Part shown: piece by piece, positions 1-9,855 of the stretch
How the letters are laid out: each line of letters begins with the position of its first letter
Numbering within the stretch: the stretch's first letter is position 1
NCBI GenBank assembly: GCA_044869275.1
Contig: JBIOXB010000243.1
Coordinates: forward strand, 1 to 50,976
DNA: 50,976 nt
Origin: a bacterium
GTDB taxonomy: Bacteria > Zhuqueibacterota > Zhuqueibacteria > Zhuqueibacterales > Zhuqueibacteraceae
Reading direction: 5' to 3'
Notes under the pieces: generated by a model
Told to the model about the DNA's origin: nothing
Database searches by the model: none
What the model saw: the letters and a program-made list of their open reading frames with translations, nothing else
Position numbers and translations under genes: made by a program

Positions 1-261
1 AAATGTCAAACAAAGGGACGATAGTCTCATGCGGCAACTGATGGCAGACTTTGTCGAAACGGCCTATTGCATTAGGCCACATACCTACGACCTCACAAAC
101 CACAGCGAGTTTGAATGCGAAGGCGGCGCGATTGGGGGCGAATATCTCCTTTTAATCGTTTCAGCTCGCATCTTCCTTGATTGATCGTTTTTTTCGCACG
201 CGTCGTCTTTCAGTTGGGGGCGTGCTGACACTTAATAAAAACCTCTTGGTTTGAAGCTGTT

Positions 262-3200
262 ATGACGAAAGCTACCGTCTCGTTGGCCGCTTTGTTGCTG
301 GTTCTGTGCGTGCCGGTATCGCCATGCCCGCAAGCGGATCTGCAATTTGAGCGCCTTTCGTTGGAGCAAGGCGTGGCTCACGATTTGGTGTTTTGCATGC
401 TGCAGGACCGCACCGGCTTCATGTGGTTTGGCACGATGTATGGTTTGGTGAGATATGACGGCCGCCGCTACACGGTTTTCAAGCACGATCCCGCCGACTC
501 GAATTCGATTTCTTTCAACGACGTGATCAGCATTCACGAAGATCGCGCCGGGCATTTGTGGATCGGCACGTGGGGCGGCGGCTTGAATCGCTTCGATCCG
601 GCCACGGAAAAATTCACGCGATTCCTGCATGACGCACAGGATACCACCAGCCTGCACGACAACATGGTCTGGGCGGTGGGCGAAGACCGCACCGGCAACT
701 TTTGGGTGGGCACGCAAACAGGCTTGGATCAGCTCATCATTGATGATGCCGGCCGATCTACGATTACACCGCGCGCGAAATTCTTACGGTATCCTCTGCC
801 CTTCCGAGGTACCGCACGCGCAATGAAAAACTCCATCCGCGCGTTGCTGCTCGATCAAGGCGGCCGTCTTTGGATTGGCACAGGGAATGACGGGCTATTC
901 TGCCTCACAAGCGCCAACGGTCAAAAGCAAATACAGCATTATCGCCACCAGGCGGATGATCCCGCCAGTTTGAGTGATAATGAAGTCACTTCGATCTATC
1001 AAGATCAAAAAGGCGAGGTGTGGATCGGCACGGGCATGGGGTTGAATCGCATGACGCCGGGATCGCGGCCAGCTGCCGCAACCGCTTTTCAGCATTACAG
1101 ACACGAGCCGCAAAATGACTCGAGCCTCAGCCACAACCGCATCGGTCCGATTGGCGAAGATGCCGAGGGTGCGCTGTGGATCGGCACCGCGCGCGGCCTC
1201 AATCGTCTTGATCGCAACCAGAAAAGCTTCACGCGCTTCCAACACCACCCGGCTGATCCCCATTCTCTGCGCACCCCCTCTATCGTCGCGCTATGCCGCG
1301 ATCGCTCGGGCTTGATGTGGATTGCGACTTACTTTGGCGGTGTGCACAAGCTCGACACGCGCGGCACGCCTTTCCGGCATGTTCGCCACGAGCCCGGCAA
1401 AGAGGCCAGCCTGAGCGCCGGTGCCGTGCGCGCGATTCATCAAGACCGTGACGGCAGATTGTGGATTGGCACGTTCGGTGGCGGATTGAATGTGCTCGAG
1501 ACGAAATCAAACTCTTCTGCTGTGGCGCGAACACGCGCGCCGGGAGAAGAGTTTGTCCATTTTCGTTTCGGCTCGCAGCATCCACCTCGTTTGCCTTCCA
1601 ATTTGATTACGGCTCTTACCAGTGATTCGCTCGGCCGAATCTGGGTCGGAGCCCAAAACGGGGGATTGACACAAATCGAAGCGTCACGGCGGGTGACAAC
1701 GTACCGGCATGACCCTGCGGACAGCACCAGTTTAAGCAGCGATAACGTGCAATGCCTTTACCTTGATCGCAGCGAGGACCTGTGGATCGGAACCGATAAT
1801 GGCTTGTCCCGCATGACCCGCGATGACCGCGGCCGCAGGCACTTTATACGCTATCGGCATTCACCTCACCAACCGCAGAGTTTGAGCGATAATTTTGTGC
1901 ACACAATCTGCGAAGATCGGTTCGGCGCGCTGTGGCTTGGAACTTATCGCGGTCTGGATCGCTTCGATCGCCAGACTCAGACTTTTCGACATTATCGCCA
2001 CGACCTGCGCGAGGCGCGCAGCCTGAGCAATGAGTACGTGTATGCTATGCACGAAGATCAAGCCGGCAATTTGTGGGTGGGAACCAGCGACGGCCTGAAC
2101 CTTTTCGATCGCGCGACCGAAACCTTCACCACCTTCAAAGAAAATGCAGGTTTGCCGAATGGCGTCATTTGCGCCATTCTGGAAGATCGAGGGGGGCGGT
2201 TGTGGCTGAGCACCAACAAAGGCTTGTCCTGTTTCGATCCGAAAGCGCGAGCCTTCAGAAACTATGACGTCGATGACGGTCTGCAAAGCAATATGTTCAG
2301 CCCGGGGGCCCGCTGCAAGAGCCAGGAAGGCTTGCTGTATTTTGGCGGAATCAACGGCTACAATTGCTTTCGACCGGAAGCGATTCGACCCAACGAATTC
2401 AAACCGCCGGTGGTATTGACCACGGTGAGGATTTTCGACAAACCTCTGCTGCCGGCGCAATACACGGCCGCGCCCTTGGTGCTGCCTTACGAACAAAACT
2501 TCTTGTCTTTTGAATTTGCCGCACTGATTTTTGCGCAGCCGGGAAAGAATCAATATGCTTACCAGCTCGCAGGCGTGGATCGTGATTGGGTCTATGCCGG
2601 CACGAAGAATTTCGCCAGTTATGCGAACGTGCAGCCGGGGCAATATGCTTTCCGCGTCAAGGCCGCTAATCACGACGGCGTATGGAACGAACAGGAAACG
2701 GCGTTGGCGATCGTGATCACGCCGCCGTTTTGGCGCACGTGGTGGTTCTCTAGCCTGGCGGCCGCTATCGCCATCTGGTCGGCGATTTACTGGCATCACC
2801 GGCGGATGCAACACGAGCGCAAACGTCTCGCCGAAATCGAAAGCATCAAAAGCGCGGAAAGTATCAAGCGATTTCAAGAAGTCGAGCAGGCGCGCCTGCA
2901 GGAGCGCGAGGCGGTACGCAAGCAAATCGCGGCGGATTTTCACGACGCCTCCGGCCACAAGCTGACCAAAATTTCTTTGTTCTGCGGCGTGTTACAAAGC
3001 AAGTTGCGTGCGGGCGCTGCTGAAATCGACGACTATCTTGAGCGCATCATGAAAGCCGCCGCCAGCTTGCACCAGGACCTCAGCGATTTCATCTGGTCGC
3101 TCGATCCCGCGGAAAATACTCTGCACGATATCGCGCTCAAATTGAAAGAGTTCGGAGACAAGTTGTTCGATCACAGCGGCATTCGTTTCGACATGCCGGT

Positions 3201-3585
3201 CCTTGCGCCGGAGCTCGAACAAACGGCACTGCCGATGGAGATGCGGCAAAACCTGGCCTGCATCTTCAAAGAAGGCATGAATAATATTTTGAAACACCAT
3301 CGCGCCGCCTGCCAAAATGTGAAGTTTGAGATCATGCGCGAAAACGGCCATTTCGTGGTGACACTCACGGATGACGGCCCGGGCTTCGATTTGAACACGT
3401 GCACCCGAGGACATGGCTTGCGCAACATGCAGACGCGGGCGCAGGTCATCGGCGGTGAACTCGAAATCTCTTCGACGCCGGGCCTGGGCACGACGATACG
3501 ATTTACAGCTGCTTTGAGACCTTTGCCCTTCGCGTTAAAGCCTGCGACTTTTTCTGATTGGCACAACGGCGCAAAAATGAATTGA
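262..3585 (+). CDS. Sensor histidine kinase with Reg_prop beta-propeller repeats, Y_Y_Y domain, one TM helix, HisKA_3 and HATPase
   Basis: Signal peptide; many SLS.N.V..I.ED..G.LWIGT..GL repeats; Y_Y_Y segment (QYAYQLAGVDRDW...GQYAFRVKAAN.DGVW); TM after PPFWRTWWF; H-box IAADFHDASG; DDGPGF and GHGLRNM boxes. Confidence 0.95.
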   Translation: MTKATVSLAALLLVLCVPVSPCPQADLQFERLSLEQGVAHDLVFCMLQDRTGFMWFGTMYGLVRYDGRRYTVFKHDPADSNSISFNDVISIHEDRAGHLWIGTWGGGLNRFDPATEKFTRFLHDAQDTTSLHDNMVWAVGEDRTGNFWVGTQTGLDQLIIDDAGRSTITPRAKFLRYPLPFRGTARAMKNSIRALLLDQGGRLWIGTGNDGLFCLTSANGQKQIQHYRHQADDPASLSDNEVTSIYQDQKGEVWIGTGMGLNRMTPGSRPAAATAFQHYRHEPQNDSSLSHNRIGPIGEDAEGALWIGTARGLNRLDRNQKSFTRFQHHPADPHSLRTPSIVALCRDRSGLMWIATYFGGVHKLDTRGTPFRHVRHEPGKEASLSAGAVRAIHQDRDGRLWIGTFGGGLNVLETKSNSSAVARTRAPGEEFVHFRFGSQHPPRLPSNLITALTSDSLGRIWVGAQNGGLTQIEASRRVTTYRHDPADSTSLSSDNVQCLYLDRSEDLWIGTDNGLSRMTRDDRGRRHFIRYRHSPHQPQSLSDNFVHTICEDRFGALWLGTYRGLDRFDRQTQTFRHYRHDLREARSLSNEYVYAMHEDQAGNLWVGTSDGLNLFDRATETFTTFKENAGLPNGVICAILEDRGGRLWLSTNKGLSCFDPKARAFRNYDVDDGLQSNMFSPGARCKSQEGLLYFGGINGYNCFRPEAIRPNEFKPPVVLTTVRIFDKPLLPAQYTAAPLVLPYEQNFLSFEFAALIFAQPGKNQYAYQLAGVDRDWVYAGTKNFASYANVQPGQYAFRVKAANHDGVWNEQETALAIVITPPFWRTWWFSSLAAAIAIWSAIYWHHRRMQHERKRLAEIESIKSAESIKRFQEVEQARLQEREAVRKQIAADFHDASGHKLTKISLFCGVLQSKLRAGAAEIDDYLERIMKAAASLHQDLSDFIWSLDPAENTLHDIALKLKEFGDKLFDHSGIRFDMPVLAPELEQTALPMEMRQNLACIFKEGMNNILKHHRAACQNVKFEIMRENGHFVVTLTDDGPGFDLNTCTRGHGLRNMQTRAQVIGGELEISSTPGLGTTIRFTAALRPLPFALKPATFSDWHNGAKMN

Positions 3586-3590
3586 AGCTT

Positions 3591-4217
3591 ATGATTCGCG
3601 TTGCCATAGTTGAAGACGAAGACGAGATTCGCGAGAGCTTGGAAATTATCATCCGTAGCGCCGCGGGATTCAAATGCGTGGGCGGCTATGGTGATTGTGA
3701 ATCGGCTTTGCCGGCCCTCGCCGAAGCATTACCCGACGTGATTCTGATGGATATCAAATTCCGCCCCGGCAAAATGTCCGGCATTGAGGGCGCGCGCCGG
3801 ATCAAGGCGCAAATGCCGGAAGTGGATCTGCTCATGCTGACGGTGCATGCGGATGGCGAATTGATTTTCGAATCTTTGCGCGCCGGCGCGTGCGGTTATC
3901 TGCTCAAACACTTGTCGCCGGCAGAGCTATTGGAAAGCGTCAAAGAAGTCGTGGCCGGAGGATCGCCCATGAGTCCGAAAATCGCGCGCCTGGTCGTGGG
4001 TTCTTTTCAGAGCAACCAGAATGCGCCGCAGTTGACACCGCGGCAAATAGAAATACTGCTCAAGCTGCGTGAAGGAAAGAGTTATCGCGTGATCGGCGAG
4101 GAATTATTCATCAGCGAAAACACGGTGAAATGCCATATCAAAAAAATCTACGAGCAATTGCACGTGCACACGCAAGCGGAAGCGGTGGCCAAGGCATTTA
4201 CAAAGCGTTTGATCTAA
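3591..4217 (+). CDS. NarL/LuxR-family response regulator
   Basis: Receiver domain (IVEDE, DVILMDI, YLLK) plus LuxR HTH (LTPRQIEIL...LFISENTVKCHIKKIYEQLHV). ATG at 3591 lies just after the kinase stop. Confidence 0.95.
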   Translation: MIRVAIVEDEDEIRESLEIIIRSAAGFKCVGGYGDCESALPALAEALPDVILMDIKFRPGKMSGIEGARRIKAQMPEVDLLMLTVHADGELIFESLRAGACGYLLKHLSPAELLESVKEVVAGGSPMSPKIARLVVGSFQSNQNAPQLTPRQIEILLKLREGKSYRVIGEELFISENTVKCHIKKIYEQLHVHTQAEAVAKAFTKRLI

Positions 4218-4369
4218 ATTCGTTCTGGCTGCCGTTGCCTTTTTATTGAAACACCGTTCGATCAGATTGTGCAGCACAGGCTTGGTGTGCTCATCCTCAA
4301 AGCGAAGTTCTCTTCTTAATTTTTAGCCACAGATGCCGTATGCTTTCAGCATGCCAGATTCCCCATACG

Positions 4370-4540
4370 ACATCACCCCATATGGGCAGGCTGGACATTG
4401 TCAAAACCACGCTCGCCGCGTATCCCAATTTAGTGCATGCCAAAGGCCCGCACGGATTGACGCTGATGTTTCATGCGAAAAAGGGCGGAGAAGAAGCCGC
4501 ACCCATGGTCAAATATCTCGAAAGCTTGGGCGCGATCTGA
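4370..4540 (+). pseudogene. 3' remnant of an ankyrin-repeat-like protein
   Basis: HMGRLDIVKTTLAAYPNLVHAKGPHGLTLMFHAKKGGEEA...YLESLGA resembles, from memory, the C-terminus of FCB ankyrin-domain proteins. No credible N-terminus or RBS. Confidence 0.5.
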
Positions 4541-4582
4541 GCGCGAATCCACACATGCTGTGTATGAGGGAGGTCATGCCAA

Positions 4583-4824
4583 ATGAATGCTGAAACGCTT
4601 TTTTCGATATGCAGCTTTGCGGTTCTGCCCGGTTGGTTGTTGTTGCTTTTCGCGCCGCGCTGGAAATGGACCACGCAGCTCGTCTCCGCCGGCTTGATTC
4701 CGTCTTTTTCGGCCCAATCGGCCTGCTGCTGTTCTTCACACTGCGCTGGGCCATCCGGCGGCAATTTCTCGCTGTTTTCGCTTTTTGGCAGGCAATGCAA
4801 GGCAGGCCGCTGACAGCCATTTGA
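4583..4824 (+). pseudogene. ABA4-like (DUF4281) membrane protein, internally deleted and frameshifted
   Basis: RBS GGGAGG; N-terminus LFSICSFAVLPGWLLLLFAPRWKWT in one frame, C-terminal motif FGPIGLLLFFTLR in another; the central part is missing. Confidence 0.7.
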
Positions 4825-4835
4825 ATTGGTGTGAT

Positions 4836-5517
4836 TCAGTTCGGAAGGACAAACCCCAACACCGGCCAAACGAAATAAATCGACAAATTGAAAATCAACC
4901 AGGCGATGAGAATGATGACCAGGCCGGTGCGCGCCGTGTCGCGTGTGTTCAGAAAGCCGGAGGAAAAAGCAATTGCCGTGGCCGGTGTGCCCATGGGAAA
5001 CATGAAGGCAAGACCGCTGGCAATGGCGACCACCATGGTCATGATGCGCGGATCGAGGCCGAGATCGCGGCCCAGGGGACAAAATCGACGACCAAGCCGG
5101 TGGCTTCTTTCAGAATACCGACAGCAAGCGGCGCCCGGCCACCGCCCAAGAACGTGGTGATGCCACCGATGATGCAGCCCGCGGCCATGGCCAGGAAAAT
5201 AGCCTTGCCGAAGCGGCTGGATTGCGGCGAAAGCTCGAGGCAATCGCAAATCTCCATGACGAGGGGAAACATCATTGCGGCCACGGCGTGTTCCGACATC
5301 CAGCAGGAAAGAAAAGCGGAAACAGAATCACCGCGAGCAGACTAGTGATCACCAGCGGGATGACGTTGGTGACATAAAACAAAATGCAAACCGCGAAAAT
5401 ACCGACGGCTTTCAGCGCCTGCGGTGAAGGGCCACCGGGCACGGGCATGGCAGTGATCAGCACATACGCCAGTGCCGCGACGGCAAAGATCGCAACTCTT
5501 CCCGCTTGTCGTTTCAT
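4836..5517 (-). pseudogene. SLC13/DASS-family anion symporter, collapsed into three fragments
   Basis: Three separate reading segments: N-terminus (...VIPLVITSLL), middle (WMSEHAVAAMMFP...IGGITTFLGGGRAPLA) and C-terminus (AFMFPMGTPATAIAFSSG). About 225 codons in total, roughly half of a DASS protein. Confidence 0.75.
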
Positions 5518-5601
5518 CTCAGCATTCGCACTCGTTTGGCCAGCTGTGATAACGCAGTACGCGGTTGATGAAATGGATGAGAAAGCCGGGCTTCGCCGCC
5601 G

Positions 5602-6228
5602 TTACGCCGCGCTTTTGCGGCGATTGCGAAGCACCTCGATGACCGCTGGTAAAATCGACAAAACGATCACCACCGCGATCACATAATGAATGTGCTTGTC
5701 GATATCCGGCACCGCGCTGCCCAAGAGATAGCCGGTCAGTATCATGCTGAATACCCACAGAATGCCGCCGGTAACGTTGTAGGTCACAAAGCGGCGGTAA
5801 TTCATTTTACCGACGCCGGCGACCACCGGCGCGAAGGTGCGCACGATGGGCACGAAGCGCGCAATCACGATGGTTTTGGCGCCATATTTTTCGTAGAAGG
5901 CCTGCGCCTTTTGTACGTGGCTTTTTTTGAAAAACAAAGAATCCTCGCGCGTGAACAAGGCCTGCCCGGTTTTCTGGCCGATGTAATATCCCAGCTGATC
6001 GCCCGTGACGGCACACAGCGACACGAGCGTGAGCAGCAGGGTTAGATCCAATAATCCCGCGGCTGCGAAGACGCCAGCGGTAACCAGCAAAGAATCACCG
6101 GGGAGAAAGAATCCTATCATCAATCCGGTTTCGGCGAACACGATGGCGCAGATCATCACCAGCCCGCCCCATTGAATCAGGCCTTTGACGTCGTAAATGC
6201 GGTGCAACAAATCCTGCAAGATTTCCAT
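5602..6228 (-). CDS. dedA: DedA/VTT-family membrane protein
   Basis: FAETGL..GFFLPGDSLL, GDQLGYYIG and ARFVPIVRTFAP motifs. Confidence 0.93.
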   Translation of the reverse strand: MEILQDLLHRIYDVKGLIQWGGLVMICAIVFAETGLMIGFFLPGDSLLVTAGVFAAAGLLDLTLLLTLVSLCAVTGDQLGYYIGQKTGQALFTREDSLFFKKSHVQKAQAFYEKYGAKTIVIARFVPIVRTFAPVVAGVGKMNYRRFVTYNVTGGILWVFSMILTGYLLGSAVPDIDKHIHYVIAVVIVLSILPAVIEVLRNRRKSAA

Positions 6229-6426
6229 GAAAATGTCCTTGTGTGGTTCAGCGCTGCTGCCAGAGCGTCGCTCGAGAATGTTTGTCGAAGATAAAGCTTG
6301 TATATAGCCACTAACAGGCCGGGATGCGGACTGCGAAGGGCTTTGGCTTACAGCGATTTCCGATTGCGGGAAGAGCCGCGGATTGGAGCAATTCGGTGGC
6401 AGCCGATTGGCGGGAATGGCATCCCC

Positions 6427-7818
6427 TCAAACCGAAGCCTGCACTTGCCGCTTCCAATACAAGTAAAACGGCAATCCTGCCAGCACCAAAAATGCCCCCA
6501 CGAGGGAATCTGCGGTTTGCTCGATGAGCGTATTGGCCACAAACCACGTGGCCACGATGATGAAAGCGGCCGGCACGAATGGGTAGCCGGGCACGTGATA
6601 TGCGCGCTGCCGATGCGGAGACTTTTTACGCAAAATGAAAATACCCACGCCGCCGAGGGCGTAAAAAATCCAGCCCGCAAAAATGACATAAGTAAAAAGC
6701 TGATCATACGTTCCGGAAAACGTGAGCAGGCACGACCACAGTGCTTGCACCAGCAGTGCTTTGCTTGGGGTGCGGTATTCCCGGTGAATTTCCGCGAAGT
6801 TGTTGAAGAACAGTCGGTCTTTGGCCATGGCATAATACAGTCGCGCCGTGGTCAAAGTTGTGGTGTTCACGATGCCGAAAGTGGAAATCATCACCACTAA
6901 GGCAATGAACGCGCCGCCCGCAGGGCCTACAATTTTCGCCATGGCGTCGGCGGCAACCAGATTCGACTTCGCAATTTCGCCGATGGGCAGCACGTAAAGA
7001 TAAGCAAGATTGGTGAGCATGTAAACGAGAATCGTCGCCAGCGTGCCCAGCACCAGCGCGCGCGGCACGTTCTTTTGCGGCTCTTTGATTTCACCCGCGA
7101 GATAGGTGAGATTGTTCCAGCCGTCATAACACCACAGCGCGGCGATCATGGCCACGCCGATGGCCGCAAGGACATTGCCGGAGGCCGGCTCACCCCAAAG
7201 GGGAAAAAAATTGTCCGAGCTGCCCTTGCCGCTGCCAAAAGCGAGCAAGACGATCGCCGCAATGCCCGCGATTTTCAAGAGGGTAAAAAGATTCTGCACG
7301 AACGCGCCGAATTGCACGCCGCGATAGTTGACCCAGGTCAAAAATAAAATGGCGAGAACAGCGATGATTTTCACGCCAAAATCCGAGAACGGAGTGATGT
7401 GGCCAAGAAGCGGCAGTTGCCAGGCTTCGAGTGCGGGGCTCAAACGCGGCAAGGGGATGAAATACTCGAAATAGCGCGCGAACGCCACGGCAATGGCGGC
7501 GATGGAGCCGGTTTGATAAACGATGAACGAAGTCCAGCCGTAGAAAAAAGCCATCCAATCTTTGTATAACACGCGGAAATAAACATATTGCCCGCCCGTG
7601 TCGGTGATTTCCGCGGCAATTTCAGCATTGGTCAAAGCGCCGGCCAGCGTAAGCAATCCGCTCACCACCCAGACCAAAATCATCAACCCGGGAACTTGCA
7701 CGGTGGCGGCAATGCTTTGTGGCGTGAGAAAAATGCCAGAGCCGATGATGGAGCCGAGCACGATTAGAATAGCGGAAGAAAGTCCCAGCCGGCGCACGAG
7801 ATGAGGCGCGGTCTCCAC
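6427..7818 (-). CDS. APC-superfamily amino acid permease (LAT/SteT-like)
   Basis: GSIIGSGIF TM1 motif, GGQYVY, YDGW, PGYP; about 12 TM helices. An in-frame CTG at 7857 with AAAGGA upstream may be the true start. Confidence 0.92.
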   Translation of the reverse strand: METAPHLVRRLGLSSAILIVLGSIIGSGIFLTPQSIAATVQVPGLMILVWVVSGLLTLAGALTNAEIAAEITDTGGQYVYFRVLYKDWMAFFYGWTSFIVYQTGSIAAIAVAFARYFEYFIPLPRLSPALEAWQLPLLGHITPFSDFGVKIIAVLAILFLTWVNYRGVQFGAFVQNLFTLLKIAGIAAIVLLAFGSGKGSSDNFFPLWGEPASGNVLAAIGVAMIAALWCYDGWNNLTYLAGEIKEPQKNVPRALVLGTLATILVYMLTNLAYLYVLPIGEIAKSNLVAADAMAKIVGPAGGAFIALVVMISTFGIVNTTTLTTARLYYAMAKDRLFFNNFAEIHREYRTPSKALLVQALWSCLLTFSGTYDQLFTYVIFAGWIFYALGGVGIFILRKKSPHRQRAYHVPGYPFVPAAFIIVATWFVANTLIEQTADSLVGAFLVLAGLPFYLYWKRQVQASV

Positions 7819-7934
7819 GCCGGCGACGGGTGGGCGGCCGGCTTGCTCAGTGTTCAGATGAAATTCCTTTGAAGGAGTTTCGCATCGGGCTGCTCACAGT
7901 GGATGGTAATTGGCTGCTCAGGCCATTCCGATTT

Positions 7935-9734
7935 TCAAATTTGCGTTGACGTGGCGGCTTTTTCCTGCATTGCAGGCGCATCTGCCGGCGCTTTTTCCGG
8001 TATTTTGGCAGCCGTCTCCGCGCCGCCGCCGAAAATGATGAGCTGGATTTCCTCCGGCAGCAGATGGCTGACGATGCGAATCACGTCGCCCTTGAGCGCC
8101 GCTTCCATGATGCCGCGCCGCGTCACTCCCATGATCACGCGATCTACGCCGAAGAGCGCAGCTTGTTCGGCGATGGTGTAGCCGACTTCGTTGCTGGCGA
8201 AGACGATGAGTTGATAGTCAATGCCGGCTTCTTCGCAAGTTTTTTCAATCCATTCGTCCGCGTCGCTGCTGACCATCAATATTTTTTCCGGCAGTGTGCC
8301 GACTGCGATTTCTTTCACGCGCAGAATGAGCAGGAGTGCGTTGTAGGCTTTGGCCTCGGAAATGGCAAAACGCATAAGTTGCTCGCTTTTGCCGCGCACC
8401 GCCACCAAAAACTTCGCACTGGGCCGCGTCTCGCGCTGGCGCCTGCGCCCACGAGCCGCGGCCGGCGCTTCGGCATATTCGAGCGCATGGCTCGTTTTGC
8501 GGATGGCCAAGTAGCGCGCGCCCAATCCCACAAACAAAATGATGGAAGCGAAAAGGGTGGCTTGCGGCTTTTCGAGAGCGATGGACAATTCCACAAGGAA
8601 CAAGACGACGGCGGAGACGCCCATCATAACGCGCGTGTGGCGCGGCAGCTTGAGAGTAGCGTCAGTCGCGGTGGAGCCAATGTTGATGAACACCGCGCCG
8701 ACCACGCCGATGGCATAAAGATGCGCCAAGATCAAAATATCATGTGTGACCAGCAATACCAAAATCGGCGTCATGGTGGCAATGATGAGCGGCAGGAACG
8801 GCACGCCGTAGCGGTTGAGACGACGCAAAAACGCGGGTAATTCGTTGTCAACGGACATCAAAAATTGAATATTGATGAGATCGTTAAGCGCGGTATTGCC
8901 GGCCGAGATCAGCAGCAAACCGAGCGCGAAGGCTACGATCCAGCCGAACCAGTGCGCCACGTAATGCTCGCCTAAAAAGCGCACCATGTCTTCAGTATGC
9001 CCGGTGAGCTGCGGCACGGCGTGCATCGCCAGTCCGAGGAAAATCGTTGCAAACAAGACCTTCGCCAGCACGGCGAGTATCGCGTGGCGCGAATCCCGGG
9101 CCGGGTCTCTCATCAACCCGGTCATGTTGGAGATCGCTTCAATGCCGGAGATGCTCAGGATTATACCGACGAAAATGCCCCAGTTTTTGAAAAACCCTCC
9201 GGCGGGCGGCGCGATATGCGCCGAGGCCACAGCCGTGGGTGCCGAAGCCGCGATTAAAACCAGGAGCGTCACTAACGTCAGCAGAGAAATGACGAAAGCC
9301 ATGCCGCCGCTGTGTTTGGGGCCAAACCAATTGAATATGCCCAGGCCGGCGATGATGCCGATGGCCCAAAGATTGGGGTGCGCAAAGTCGAAATAATGAA
9401 AAGCATCGAGCACGGATAACGACATCGTGATGACATAATCCGCGCCTAAGAGCAATGCACCCACCACGGCAAACGTGCGCGAACGATGGTAGACAGAACT
9501 ATAGACGCCACCACCATTGGGATAAAGCCGGCAAATGGTAATGTAGTTCAACGCCACCAAAGTCGTCAGGCCCAGCATCATCATCAGATGCCAGAAGCTG
9601 CTGTAGCCCGCCAGCGTGAAGCTAATACCGAGCACGTAAGCGATGCTTGTGCCCCAGTCGCCGTCGAGGAATGCAGCGCTGCGCACCCACCCCAATACGC
9701 GCGGGCGGCTGGTGGCACTGAGGGTCGGGGTCAT
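7935..9734 (-). CDS. APC-superfamily transporter fused to a C-terminal universal stress protein (USP) domain
   Basis: GDWGTS TM1, YPNGGGVY, SGIEAI, HLYAIGVVGA; C-terminal USP-like segment (FLVAVRG...GVDRVIMG...LKGDVIRIV). Confidence 0.85.
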   Translation of the reverse strand: MTPTLSATSRPRVLGWVRSAAFLDGDWGTSIAYVLGISFTLAGYSSFWHLMMMLGLTTLVALNYITICRLYPNGGGVYSSVYHRSRTFAVVGALLLGADYVITMSLSVLDAFHYFDFAHPNLWAIGIIAGLGIFNWFGPKHSGGMAFVISLLTLVTLLVLIAASAPTAVASAHIAPPAGGFFKNWGIFVGIILSISGIEAISNMTGLMRDPARDSRHAILAVLAKVLFATIFLGLAMHAVPQLTGHTEDMVRFLGEHYVAHWFGWIVAFALGLLLISAGNTALNDLINIQFLMSVDNELPAFLRRLNRYGVPFLPLIIATMTPILVLLVTHDILILAHLYAIGVVGAVFINIGSTATDATLKLPRHTRVMMGVSAVVLFLVELSIALEKPQATLFASIILFVGLGARYLAIRKTSHALEYAEAPAAARGRRRQRETRPSAKFLVAVRGKSEQLMRFAISEAKAYNALLLILRVKEIAVGTLPEKILMVSSDADEWIEKTCEEAGIDYQLIVFASNEVGYTIAEQAALFGVDRVIMGVTRRGIMEAALKGDVIRIVSHLLPEEIQLIIFGGGAETAAKIPEKAPADAPAMQEKAATSTQI

Positions 9735-9855
9735 ACTAATATCTTGAATGTTACTGCGTCGAAGAAATTGTATTCACAAGTTTTCATGCTTCTGCAATTG
9801 CATTCTTCCAATTTAAAAAGCACCTAAGCAGTATAAGAGATTCTCATTGTAATTT

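Noticed and set aside
1861..2958. 365-aa minus-strand ORF, and similar long antisense ORFs at 34750..35958, 46676..47581 and 48315..49283
   Set aside because: They lie fully opposite well-supported genes and have no motifs; typical shadow ORFs in GC-rich coding DNA.
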